A model generated the notes under the pieces. That model was not told the origin of the DNA. It made no database searches and saw nothing but the letters and a program-made list of their open reading frames with translations. The translations under genes were made by a program, and so were the position numbers. 64,000 nt of DNA from Octopus sinensis (Eukaryota), in contig NC_042998.1 of assembly GCF_006345805.1 (NCBI RefSeq), positions 173,910,001 to 173,974,000 of the forward strand. The letters are read 5' to 3'. This document shows, in pieces, positions 40,401 through 52,599 of this stretch; position 1 is the stretch's first letter, and every line of letters starts with the position of its first letter.

Positions 40401-41360
40401 CATGAAGAAGAAGAAGAAGATGAAGAAACAACAAAAGCTATAAAACAAATGAAATCCAAACTAAAAATAGAACAGCAACGAACCATGATAAAACGATGGC
40501 AAGAAAAGCCCCTTCATAGTAAATACTGGACTAAACTAAACGCAAAAGAAATAGACAAAGAAAAATCCCAGCAATGGTTGAGAAGCTCAGGACTCAAAGC
40601 AGTAACAGAGGGATTTTTAATTGCAGCACAAGACCAAAGCCTCCCCACCAGAAATTACCAAAAGCATGTAATGAAAAGAAATATTACAAGTAACTGCAGA
40701 ATATGTGGAGATGGACAAGAAACAATAAATCATATTATCTCTAGCTGCCCAGTCTTGGCTAAGAAGGAATATATTCACAGACATGACAGGGTTGGAACCT
40801 ACATACATTGGAAGCTATGCCAACATTATGGAATAACAACAGAAAAAAGATGGTATAGGCACACACCAGAAAAGGTCACAGAAAACGAGAAAGCAACCAT
40901 ACTCTGGGATATGCCGATACACACAGATAGAGAAATTAAGGCCAACAGACCAGATATAGTTGTCAGAGATCATGAAGAAAAAAAATGCTTTCTAATTGAT
41001 GTATCAATACCGGCTGATGACAACGTTCTCTAAAAGAAATGGAGAAACTCTCAAAATATAAAGACCTGGAAATAGAGGTAACTAGAATGTGGAACCTGAA
41101 AACAGAAACAATTCCTATCATAGTAGGTGCATTAGGCATGATAAAAAAATATTCAGACAAATACATAGCAAAAACACCAGGACTTACAAACACATATAAC
41201 ATACAGAAAATTGCACTACTAGGCACTGCACACATCCTACGCAGAACACTTTCCATACAATAACCATCAGAGCATCACAACAAATCACAGCACATACCCA
41301 AGGCACACAGAGCTGTGCTCGGTAGTGAAGTGAAAGCACGCTATAAAAATAAAACTACTG
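37401..41360 (+). mobile_element. Near full-length R4/Dong-clade non-LTR retrotransposon (RLE type)
   Basis: A single ORF system from about 37625 to 41263 broken into pieces. N-terminal RRKWTREE; RT motifs NYRPITCL, EQKGC, WIDYKKAFDS, GIFQGDTLSP, YMDDLKLY; CRICGDGQETINHIISSC (CCHC); NRPDIVV...LIDVSIP..KYKDL (RLE). The 3' UTR ends aataaaactactg-(AAT)n, with (TAA)n also upstream. Confidence 0.95.
39039..41033 (+). pseudogene. Largest open segment (664 aa) of the Dong-like ORF: RT + zinc knuckle + start of RLE
   Basis: ORF track. Continues after a 1-nt frameshift into 41039-41263 (EKLSKYKDLEIEV...IVGALG). Confidence 0.9.
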
Positions 41361-41376
41361 AATAATAATAATAATA

Positions 41377-41431
<55 letters not shown>

Positions 41432-41795
41432 CATTATTATTATTATTATTATTATTATTTTATACCAAAATTCAACTAAGTTATCATTATCTTTAAAAGA
41501 ATAATGATAAGGAGGCCAACAAAATAGGCAAAATATATATTCTCAGAAGTCAGGGTACACTATCCACTTGTTTGCGAGAAAGAAGAGTTAAAATTATCCA
41601 AAACCTCGCATCTCACAATGTATGTAAACAGGCACGGAGATGGTAGCAAGTATACTAAAGAACAGTCTTCCCCATTTGTAAAACCACGAAGAGAAGAGTA
41701 GATATCCCGGTATCAATTGAGTTCATTCAATGTGCCGAAATACACTTACCATTCCGTGGTAAATACATTTTGAAAAATAGTTTACGTAGTAATCC

Positions 41796-41849
41796 TAGCT
41801 GATGAGCTTAAGTACCATTCGGCAGACAAAGTGAAATCATTTGATGCTG
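41796..41849 (+). ncRNA. Decayed type I hammerhead motif flanked by an inverted copy of its downstream sequence
   Basis: UAG-CUGAUGA-GCUU...AAGU-GAA-AUC(AUUU)GAU-G-CUG. The core is intact but position 17 is G and stem I has only 3 bp. 41670-41705 is the reverse complement of 41852-41887 (35/36). Confidence 0.6.
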
Positions 41850-42011
41850 TTATATCTACTCTTCTCTTTGTGGTTTTACAAATGGGGAGGGTTAGTTTTT
41901 AATATATCTGTTACATACCCCATGCGTGTTTACATATAGTGTAAGATGCGTGGCTTTCGAATATTTTAGCACTTCTTTCTAGCAAGCAGGTGCATATTAT
42001 ACCCTGACTTT

Positions 42012-42072
<61 letters not shown>

Positions 42073-42175
42073 ATCTAATCCACACATGAAAACACAAGGA
42101 GAAAACACAACAACGCGAGGACGTGGAACACGTATAGTGTTATTGGACGCTCAGGAAAGGAAAGAAAGAAGGAGG

Positions 42176-42210
42176 ATTTAACGTTTCGAGCGGAGCTCTT
42201 CGTCAGAAAC
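42176..42210 (-). ncRNA. Minimal type I hammerhead, canonical core, in a PLE pseudo-LTR (about 42070-42290) ending at (TA)n
   Basis: GUUU-CUGACGA-A-GAGC-UCC-GCUC-GAAAC-GU-U-AAAU. Same layout as 9482-9519. Confidence 0.85.
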
Positions 42211-42881
42211 ATAGGAAAAGGAAAGATCTAAGGAAGGGAAAAAGGAGGGAAAAAATCGTCAACGATACACACACGCGCGCGCGGTCACATATAACGTAAA
42301 ATACTAAGGAAAGGAATTCCTTCGAAGTGGTGTGTAGCACATCCAATGCACTGGAACGTCAGTTGAATACCACAGAAACAGGGTATTAGACAGATTACAA
42401 GAAATAAATTAAATAGAGAGATTCCATGATAGACTATGAATATAATATAACATAACATAAAAATCATTTAAAAAATCAAAAGAACCAATAATTCGTTTCG
42501 GCATATATACATTATTCGATTTGTAAATACTTTATATCTATTATATAAGTCTCTTCAGAACTTTGGTTTAAAAATAGACTAAATTCGGTGTGAAAGGACG
42601 GCTGGATTGTAAAAAAAATAATTCAAATGCCTATGCTTATGAGCCTGAGTGTTAACTTCAAAAGTACATAACAATTACATAAAAAAAAATTATAACGGAC
42701 AAAATAATTAAGTAAATATAATCTACAACTATCGAAATATATTTCTATATATCTCAAATAATACTGATCTAAATTCGCCTAGGTCGAAGACAATCTTTGG
42801 ATATTATAATAACATACAACAACAATATATATATATATATGTATATAAATTTAGTATCAGGGTCTTAACTTAATCTAGAGA

Positions 42882-43656
42882 CTGTAATAAAACATGTAAA
42901 TAAATATAAATGATAATATAGTATTCTTTTGGTAATATATAACAACTCTTCTTTATTTAAAGGTATTGATATAAAAAAAAATTATCTAAAGTAACAAAAA
43001 ATATGTCCTTTATTTACTTAGTTTATCGGAGGGGGAATTCCGTAATAAATATGAAGAGAAACCTAACAATAACTGTTCAGTAAAGTCTAATAATAATTCT
43101 TATAGTATTGTATAGTTTATAGCATGTATTCTTATTGCAACAATATAATTTTGTTACTTCTGAAAGATTTAATAAAATTTGGATATATACATATATATAC
43201 TATTTATAGTCCTTTATCTAAAAAATAATATTGATTATTGATATTGTGGATCGGTACTCCATGTTTTTGCTTATCTTACTTTATTTTATTGATTGAGTTC
43301 TCCCTTCCGTAATATACGTATATAGGGACATTTACTTGTTAGTTACTGCGTATAATCCTTATTTGAGTTACTTCAAATTTGGTTACATCTGAACAAATAG
43401 TAATATTTTAATATCCACTATTATAGCCTAACTCTATATCTATGGGGTTATATAGATTGTAGTTATTGCAGCTCTAATTTTCTTTTCCTATTTATTACGG
43501 AATTCTCTCTCCGATAAACTCAGTAAATAAAGAACATTTTTTGTTACTTTAGATAGTTTTTTATATCAGTAGCTTTAAATAAAGGAGAAGAGTTGTTATA
43601 TATTACTAATAGAATCCTATATTATCATTTATATTTATTTACACGTGATATTACAG
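42882..43656. repeat. Diverged inverted repeat (about 170-bp arms, about 435-bp spacer), probably PLE-derived
   Basis: 42882-43051 vs 43489-43656, about 80-85% identical by eye. Confidence 0.75.
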
Positions 43657-44285
43657 CTTATATTGCAGGTAGATAGGTCTGGGAACTTTGCAACTTGAAG
43701 GAAGATTGATTATGAGGTTTGCGCTTGAGAGAGAGGTAATATATGGGATCAGGCAGGAGAGAAATCCTCCTATGTTTGAAAAGAGGGTGTAGAATTAGCA
43801 AAGGGATTTCAAACTGCAGGGAAGCGTATGGGGTGATGGAGTACTGGATTACAGAAATTGCCGAACGCTTGCAACAGAGCGGACTCCATTAAAGGATCGT
43901 TTCTTTTTTTCTTTTGTATTTCCAATTTTTGTTTTTGATTTCATTGGCTTCTTAAGCATTCTTGTTTTTATTGTAAAGTGGATGGGGTATACTTACGCTT
44001 CACTTCACCTCTTTTTCAAAGTACTACAGGGAGGTGCAATATATATGCATATGTAAGTATGTGTGTGTATGAATGTGCGTGTGTGTGCATGTGTGTGCAT
44101 AAATGTGCGCGTGTGTGTGCATAAATGTGCGCGTGTATGTGCATGTGTGTGCCCTAGTAGAATCAATTACACACAGTCACTCACACAGACACTCACACGT
44201 ACAGACATACATACATACATACATACATACGTACATACATACATACATACATACATACATACATACATACATACATACATACATA

Positions 44286-46551
44286 GAAAACGAAACCCCA
44301 CATGCAGAACCCCTTCTCATGGCAAACACCTACTGGCCAATTACATGCTCGAACTTAATGTATAAATTATGTACAGCATATTTAAACCTCCTCGTCCAAA
44401 ACTATTGTGATATAATAACATCATCACAGCAGAACAATCAGTTGGGACGAAGCGAGTCTGGAGATTTGCTGAGCAATTTTTAATAAACAAAACTGTAATG
44501 TCAGACGTGCAGAGGCGTAGAAGGAACCTAGTTTCAATGTGGCTAGACTACAAGAAAGCCTTTGATTCTGTTCCCCATTCATGGATACTAGAAGCCCTTC
44601 GATATGCTAAATGGCCAGTGAGCATATTCAAAGCCATAGCAGACCTGACTTCATCGTGGGCCACCATCTTGAAATTAAACATAAGGAATGATTGTATTCT
44701 CACTGATATAATACAGTATCGCAAAGACATATTCCAAGAGGACAGACTCTCTGTGATGGTTATACTTTCTGTAAACCCCTTGTCATTCCTGTTAAGAAAG
44801 TCTGAAGGATGTCTCACATGTTCACAAGGAAACAGAAATACCAAAATTACACACTTATTCTTTGTGGATGACTTGAAACTATATGCATGAGATGAAAAAG
44901 AGCCTTGGCTTGGTTACAACATCTTCAAAGGATATAGCGTTGGATTTAGATCAGGATAAATGTTGCTATATGGTTGCGAAAAGACAAGCAACATTTCCAT
45001 CAATGGCTTAACTGGTTCCTCTGTATGACGAGGGATGTTACAGGTGTGTAGGAGTGGATGAAAACATACCTTACAAAGGCACCTGTAGTAAACAAAAAAC
45101 GTGTCTCTAAGAATATTACAGCCAAATTAAAAACTATGGACCTCGGAACTACCTGCATTCAATAAAACCATGACCAACTGTGTGTTTGCAGTGCCAGCAA
45201 GTACTCATACCAACATTTGAGCTGCTTGATGAAATCCGAGCTATTGATGTAAAAACCCAGAAGATACTCACCAGCACACATAATCTCCATCTGAACAGAG
45301 ATGTCGACTGCCTCTAACTACAACGAAAACAAGGCGGCATTAGCTTAACATCAGTCCAGACTGCCTTTGAATGTCGTATCATATCTCTTTGGCAACATCT
45401 TTTAACCACCAAGTGTCAAAATGCAGCTCTTGATCAAGTTTGCATACATGAAGCTGATAACATCATAAGATTTGGAAAGCATGTCCTTGACTAGCATTCC
45501 TTGTCTGATAATTTTAAATACATGCCCACAGAAGTTGCACAACTCTACCGCAACATATCAGATGAAAGGATGAGTGTATATGAGCAGAAGACCATGCATG
45601 GATATGTAAGTAGAAAGCTCCGCGATGACAGTAATACTGATCATCAAAGCAGCCTTTCATGGACCAACTACCCCCCCCCCCACTAGGTGTTTGCAATCCA
45701 GGAACAGGAAATATCAACCAAATACATGATGCAGCAAAGAGACAGATACGCTGAAGAAGCAACGAAATGTGATAACTGATGCAGACTTTGTGGATTTAAC
45801 ACCGAAGATATCACCTACATCATAAGCAGTTCTCTGAAAATGTCATTACATTATCATCTACTGATGAAACATGATGTTGTAGCTAGGACACTGTATAATG
45901 TGATCTGTCGGAAGAATAACCCCAAGGCCCAAAAAATAAGAAGCCGCAGTATGACAGAAGCCATAGCCACTCATAATAAAAAGGATTACTGGTGGAATGT
46001 TCTCGTGAAAACCTCAATAAAATTTAAACCTAATATACCTATCATAGTGATTTGGGATAGAGAAGAGAACTTGTGTACAGTTGTGCAAATCAGCTGCTCA
46101 GTGGTCGTTAACATAAAGCTAAAAATTGGCTAGAAAGAAAATACCTACGCTGAACAATTAAGTAATCTACGGTTAGGTCTATCCCAATTACAAGTTCAGG
46201 TTCATACCTGTAATTATTAGGACACTGGGACACCACACTGCCTAAATATCAATCTTGAGAAATCAGGCTTCTCAAAACTAGAAGGGAGAAAGCTGATTCA
46301 AAGACTAAAGATCACTGGAACTGTAAAGATCTGTAAAACTTTCCAGAAGTTTATCATTTAAATACATATATGCATGTCTAGACCTTCAACTACATGCATG
46401 AGAATACATAAATAAAACAAAACATACAAATTTGCACATATACATACAAATATATCCTGTTGATATTGTTGAAATTCCAATGAAGGAGTATCGAGGTTAG
46501 AAACCGGCCCTTTCTCTATTGGTAAGAAATTTCGAAATAAAACTGAACAAT
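44286..46551 (+). pseudogene. 5'-truncated, decayed R4/Dong-like LINE of a second family
   Basis: YWPITCSNLMYKL; WLDYKKAFDSVPHSWI; HLFFVDDLKLYA; KHDVVA; WWNVLVKTSIK..PN.P.IVIWD. The 3' end is aataaaactgaacaat. (CATA)n lies on both sides. Confidence 0.88.
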
Positions 46552-47504
46552 CACATACACACAAACATACATACATACATACATACATACATACATACAT
46601 ACATACATACATACATACATACATACATACATACAATACTAGTTGCCTGCAGTCATGCGTATATGTATGCATACATGTATATATGTAACAAAAATGTATT
46701 GACTTTTCGTCTGTTGCATAATTTCATGTGATATTTTCAAAAGTATTGTCACAGCATTATATTTAATGTCTGGAGAAACAATTTTGTTTCTCTACCATAT
46801 CACTAATATGTGCTTCATATCAGGGGACAACAGGCATGTAATTAAACCTCAAATATTCACCCCTTTTATCTTGACATTAAAGTTTCATTAGAAATTTTGG
46901 AAAATTTTTTTTGAATTTTTTATTGGTTTTTATGGTGATTCCGCTAACCTTTTTAAGTTATTATTTTTTAAAAATTGACTTAGCTAATCCTCAAAATATT
47001 TGCTGGAATTGAATTCCTGTTAACAAGCTATGTGTGCGTTCTAATACTTTAAATCCAACTACAAATATAATGGAATCATCGAAGGCTACAATTCGCTCGA
47101 GACAGCAATTAACTGCCAACAAATCATAAAAACATAGTTTTTTTTTTAGAATTAGAAGAGAGTAATTTCATAAAATCACTTTTTCTGTGTTGGATGGGAA
47201 ATAAATTTCATTTTAAACTTTGAATCTCCATAATCGAAAAATTGTTTGTTGCAAAGCTGGCTATCAAAGAGTTCTTGATTAAATAAATTCTCATATTTAT
47301 TTTCTCTCTTGACATCCTCAGACTTACGAGTTCAAATTTCGTTGTTGTGGTCGATATGTATTACGCCCCTGAATGTTTCCTAATGTGAGTAATAGTAATA
47401 TTTAGTGTCCATTTTCTAAGGTATTTACACTTTGATCCTTATCATATAGGAATACGAAAACTCATAAGGGATTCCAATTTTTATTTTTAACATTCATTCA
47501 TCTT

Positions 47505-47700
47505 TTACCTCTTTCTTATTTCAGTCAACCGTCTGCGACCATGCTGGGGCGTAGCCTTTAAAAGTTTAGTCGAACAAATCGATCCCAGTACTTATATTAA
47601 AGTCTGACACTTAGTTTATCAGTCTCTTATGCCGACCGGTAAGTTATGAGGAGCGTACATAAACACCGTTTGTCAAGCGGATGAGAGAGGAGGACAAAGT
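47505..47700 (-). mobile_element. Degenerate 3' half of a SINE (family of 55533)
   Basis: ttcagtca...gaccatgctggggc...ttagtcgaacaaatcgatcccagtactta. Confidence 0.65.
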
Positions 47701-48197
47701 AAGTGTACGTAATCCGAAACCACGTGGTTACAAGGTGGGCTCCCAAATCACACAGCCATATTTGTAAAATATCTCTCAAACATTTGTTCGAAACAGTAGT
47801 CACATTTCCTTCAAATTACGCCCAGCTATCAAAAAATAGGAAGTACACATTTGCTAGTGTAGTCCTAGATTCACAATGTCAATAGTAAAAAGTTATATGA
47901 TCATAGCTGTAATACCTTTAATCACAGATTTTTCTCTGTCAGTGATGGGTAAGGCTGAAGTGTATAAATATTGAGAAAATAAACACATTAGATGTCTTCA
48001 ACAGTGTATACTACTATAATGGAATAATGGAATGTTTGTCATATCCCAAGTGACAGGAAATATACTATCATTATCCTTATATTCATGAAGTTAACAAGAA
48101 TGAATGTAGGAATTAGCGAGGCACTTCTTAACTTGTTATTGTTAAGAACCTCACAAAATTTTGGATTTATAGGCGGAATGAGAAAATCACAATTTTA

Positions 48198-48430
48198 GCT
48201 GAGACCCAATGAAGATTCAAATAGAGAACAGGCGTCATCATTATGATGTTCTGCATCAGAAATATTCTGAAGAAACGTGCCGAGATAAACAAGGTATTTT
48301 ATGAAGTTTCCTTGATTTCATGAAGGCATTTGACTTAGCAAACAGACTAGCCCTATGGCAGATACCCACAAGGTTTCAAAAACCAGAAAAGTTCATCAAT
48401 ATTATACAACGCCTACATTACTGGCATGAT
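48198..48430 (+). pseudogene. RTE-clade LINE RT fragment
   Basis: ETQ.RF...IMMFCIRNILKK...KAFDLANRLALWQI...PEKFINII resembles RTE RT subdomains 2-3. Confidence 0.6.
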
Positions 48431-48776
48431 GGTTCATGACACGCGAGCGAGCCACAGTACTGCACCTAATTTGCTTGATAAGATAGTGTGTACATACAGA
48501 CAAGACAAGATGTCAATTTGTCCAAGGTGTTACGGTTCAAAACTAATGCTCGAACATTAATATCAGTAAGCCAAGTCCTGGTTAGAACCAAGTGACATGA
48601 TCTGAGCCTATCGTTAGCTTATACCAAGAATGATAATAGTAAGCTGATTTTCCTACCTGGGTAGTACAATCAATAAGGACTGCAGGAAAAGCAAGACCTA
48701 TTTGATATTCAGGAGATATAGATAACAATTAAGGTATTCTTTGCAAGTCACTTGATGTGCAAAGGATGCCAAAAAA

Positions 48777-48987
48777 GGGGCGAGCTAGCAGAATCATTAG
48801 CATGCCGGGAAAAATGCTTTGCGACATTTCTTCCGTCCTTACATTGAGTTCAAATTCCACCGAGGTCGACTTTGCCTTTCATCCTTTCGGGGTCGATAAA
48901 TGAAGTACCAGTGGAACACTGGAGTCGATCTAATCGACTAGTCTCCTACACCAAAACATTTCAGGCCTTGTGCATTTAGTAGAAACA
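48777..48987 (+). mobile_element. Monomeric tRNA-derived SINE with an (ATT)n tail (to about 49111)
   Basis: Head ggcgagctagcagaatc, B box gagttcaaattcc, core ggtcgactttgcctttcatcctttcggggtcgataaa. Confidence 0.88.
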
Positions 48988-49097
<110 letters not shown>

Positions 49098-49111
49098 TAT
49101 TATTATTATTA

Positions 49112-49455
49112 CTACGTAACAGAGTGTAGGTAAGATGCACCGAAGTCTTTAGTCATCTGTCAAGTAACAACAAGGACCTCAGACAGATAATACTTTCCTT
49201 AAGATGTGCAGTGCCCAATAAGGCTGCTTTTGCAAGACATCAATCTGGCATGAGATTTCCAGTTGCATTAAGGGGTCTTGAAGTTTCAATGGTATTGAGC
49301 CCAACGCTCCGATCACCACTGGTATCACTTTTACATTACCCTCTCGCATTCTATAGTCCTGCCATTTCCACTTTCAATTTGTAGTACTTGGTGATCTTTT
49401 CAACCTCTAACCCACAATGTCATTTGGTATGGCTACATCAGCAGTGCGTGCTATC
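49112..49455 (-). pseudogene. 3' fragment of an R4/Dong-like LINE, with its tail in the (TAA)n tract
   Basis: Minus strand: DVAIPND...VKVIPVVIGALGSIP...AALLGTAHILRKVLSV*, then 3' UTR and (AAT)n. Confidence 0.8.
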
Positions 49456-49467
49456 AAAGTGACATTG

Positions 49468-49884
49468 GGGTAAAGTATACGAAGCTCAGTGTACCCATAA
49501 TGACTACCAACCTCATATGGTACACCAGACACATGCCTCATAGCCATATGTGCGTGACATGGTAATCTCATATCAAGATTAACAGCGCATGACCTTGCAG
49601 ATGGGGCCCAGCTAAAATTTTCTTCAGCTCGCGTAGCCCATCCCGCTCAAAACGTCCCTGAATGTGGGATGTTTAAGGATGTAGAACGAAACACCTATGT
49701 TTCCCAAGGTGAATTATCCAAACCCCAAAGAATCCCTCTCAACACATTGCTATGATGCTGCTCCACTACTTCTGCTCGTGATCAGAGATGCACATATCGT
49801 CAGCCACTAAGGGATATGCTCAACTTGGTATGTCAAACAACTGACAAGCAAACCTGTGGTACGGAGCAGAATATTTGCTGTAGT
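49468..49884. repeat. Unclassified interspersed repeat (probably non-LTR-related)
   Basis: GC-richer island that I recall as an octopus interspersed repeat. Its end overlaps the window start sequence. Confidence 0.45.
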
Positions 49885-50384
49885 AATGTTGTTGTTGTTG
49901 CTGTTTCTGCTGTTGTTGGAGGTATGGATTTATAGAGAGACATTTGAGACATATCTTGAAGATGTCATCGAAAGCTCAAGGGAAGAACATCCTTATCCTA
50001 GAAGAAACGAAAGGTCTTTAATATGAAAGAGCTTTTATTGTAGCAAAACTTCTGCTATATGGTTATGTCCAGCGAACGGTAGGAACTCAGTTGCCAAAAC
50101 AAGTGTTTTTACAATTAGTTTAGTTGTAAATGAAACGAGTGTAGATTCTGTGTTAGATGCTAGGCTGTGGCTAAACGTAAAATGACATCGTTAACTGATG
50201 CTCTCAGATGGACTGGAACAGCTAAGGAGAGAACCCAGTGAAAAAAATATATTTATTTCTGATACTCCACCCAACACGATGGATCGTCCATGATGATTTT
50301 CAACCGATTTATTATGAAGAATATGATATATGTTATTTACTTATGATATATAATATACGTTATTTACGTATTAATAAATGTAAA

Positions 50385-50555
50385 TATTGGTTTCAAATTT
50401 TGGTACAAGGCCGGCAATTTTGGGAGAAGCGGAAAGCCGATTATACTGCCCTAAAGGATGGAAAGCAAAGTTAGCCTCAGCTAAATTCTAACTCAAAACG
50501 TAAATGCGGGTGAAATGCCGCTAACGGTGTACTAACGATTCTTCCAGACCGCCAT
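50385..50555 (-). mobile_element. Degenerate SINE
   Basis: aaattttggtacaaggccggcaattttggg...ggatggaaagcaaagt...ctaacgattct. Confidence 0.6.
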
Positions 50556-50849
50556 CTTTTGTAAATATAAATACTGGCAATCAAGCAAAAGTGTAGCGGA
50601 TGTGTTTGTATATAATTCTAGTATGTGGACGTATGCACGTATACACGTATACACATATATGAAAGTTGAATTATGTCTAACGAATGAAAAAACAGTGCTA
50701 AATACATAATGTGGATGATATGGATTACTGAAACTTAAATTTTTAACTCATGACTCGAGTTTCTCGCCGCTGTAAACTACTTCAAGCGAGTTCTTGCCTA
50801 AAGATCACGGTGGTGTGAAACTGGTGTGCGACGATCATTGGTATATGCA

Positions 50850-51740
50850 TGTGTTTCAGTCGAAATCTGCAATGGTTTATTGTAGCCCTAAACTAAAAGG
50901 TTTTGTGAGAATATACACAGTATATTATTAGAAAGTGAAACAAACCACGTTATACGACAAAAACAGTGAAGTTTGGGAGTAAGAGTCTGATGCTTTGGGG
51001 ATACATAAAAAGTGCTGGTTCGAGAAAGTTGGTTAAAATTGACGGTAACTTGAATAGTGCCGAAATCATCCAGTTGCTGAAGGACAATTTGATACCAGAC
51101 TTGAATGAAGGTGAGTTTTTTTCGGCATGACGAAGTTCCATGCCACAGATTGCGGGCAACACAACAGAGTCTCACTGCTGATGGTGTTACTGTATTGAAA
51201 GATTGGCCAACTCAGAGCCCTGACTTAAATATCATCGGGCAAATGTGGACAGAACTAAGGACAAGATTTCGTCAGAAGAATCCACGCAATCTTGAAGAGT
51301 TGTGAGAGCTCAGCCACAGAAAATGGCATCTCATACATGTGAAGATGGTGAAGGGCATCTCTTCCCAGGCACATTGAAGCAATTATTCAAGCTAAAGAAA
51401 ACCACACGAACCATTATCAATGTACAATAACTTCTTAAAAGGAACATTATATTATAAAGTTTCATTATAGACATTTTCTGTTTTAAAACGCTGTAACATA
51501 ATTGGTTTATATGAGGTGGCCGAAAACTTTTGCACGGCCATTTTTGGTGGTCGTATCGCATCTTCCCCTCTTATTCAAAACCCCTACTACAAAATATAAT
51601 TATTATGTATGGAAATGAATTCATACCTAATCATATGTACGTGTCCTCAGTAAAGACCGCAATGCGAAACATGCACTCAGTTGGTAATTAGTAGACATTT
51701 ATAATAGTTTAATGTGGCCGAAGACTTCTGCACGGTACTG
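50850..51740 (+). mobile_element. Tc1 (DD34E-like) transposon relic
   Basis: KTVKFGSKSLMLWG...DGNLNS...FRHDEVPCH...DWPTQSPDLNIIGQMW. TIR-like ends gtggccgaagacttctgcacggtactg-TA (51714-51740) and a second copy near 51517. Confidence 0.8.
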
Positions 51741-51823
51741 TACAAGAAAGGGACATACATACTCAAAGCACACACACGAATAAACACACATGCGTGCACA
51801 CGTACACGCACACACATACACAA

Positions 51824-51866
<43 letters not shown>

Positions 51867-52035
51867 GCAACGAATTGCCTTACCGCACACCGAATTTAGA
51901 AATAGCAGTCAAAGAGATTATAGCTATTTCTTCTACTAAAAGGGAGATCTCAGCAAAAACACAGCATTTGAAAGGCAAACACAAACAGGTAAGAGAGAAT
52001 GAATAGACGGCAATCTATCATACAGTTTTAAGTCA

Positions 52036-52127
52036 CCTACGGACGTACGTTTCGAGATCAAGTCTTAGGAAAGCATAAGAATTAGATAATTCTACCTTAC
52101 CCATACTTCTTCTCTCATCAGCGGAGG
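52036..52127 (-). ncRNA. Mirror-image hammerhead on the minus strand
   Basis: CCUCCG-CUGAUGA-...-GAAAC-GUAC-GUC-CGUAGG; stem I has 5/6 pairs. Confidence 0.85.
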
Positions 52128-52172
52128 ATACAAACAATCATGAATGATTGTATATTGAATTTTGAGATACTA

Positions 52173-52262
52173 CTGCGCTGATGAGAGAAGAAGTATGGGT
52201 AAGGTAGAATTATCTAATTCTTATGCTTTCCTAAGACTTGATCTCGAAACGTACGTCCGTAG
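52173..52262 (+). ncRNA. Canonical type I hammerhead with a 61-nt stem II
   Basis: CUGCG-CUGAUGA-GAGA...UCUC-GAAAC-GUAC-GUC-CGUAG; predicted cleavage after C52257. Confidence 0.9.
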
Positions 52263-52555
52263 GTGACTTAAAACTGTATGATAGATTGCCGTCTATTCAT
52301 TCTCTCTTACCTGTTTGTGTTTGCCTTTCAAATGCTGTGTTTTTGCTGAGATCTCCCTTTTAGTAGAAGAAATAGCTATAATCTCTTTGACTGCTATTTC
52401 TAAATTCGGTGTGCGGTAAGGCAATTCGTTGCTAAACCCTTAATTGCTTAGTATTACTTAAATTTTCCTCGAATGAGGCTTTTACATGCCGAAGACTACT
52501 TGGTGTAATTGATAATTATTCCAAATTAATTAATTTCACCCTTCATTGTTACTGA

Positions 52556-52599
<44 letters not shown>

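Larger units (their letters stand above)
51865..52560. mobile_element. Non-coding element made of two head-to-head hammerhead pseudo-LTRs, between (TA)n tracts
   Basis: 51865-52123 and 52176-52434 are exact 259-bp reverse complements. The right copy extends 125 bp further to (TA)n at 52560. Confidence 0.85.
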
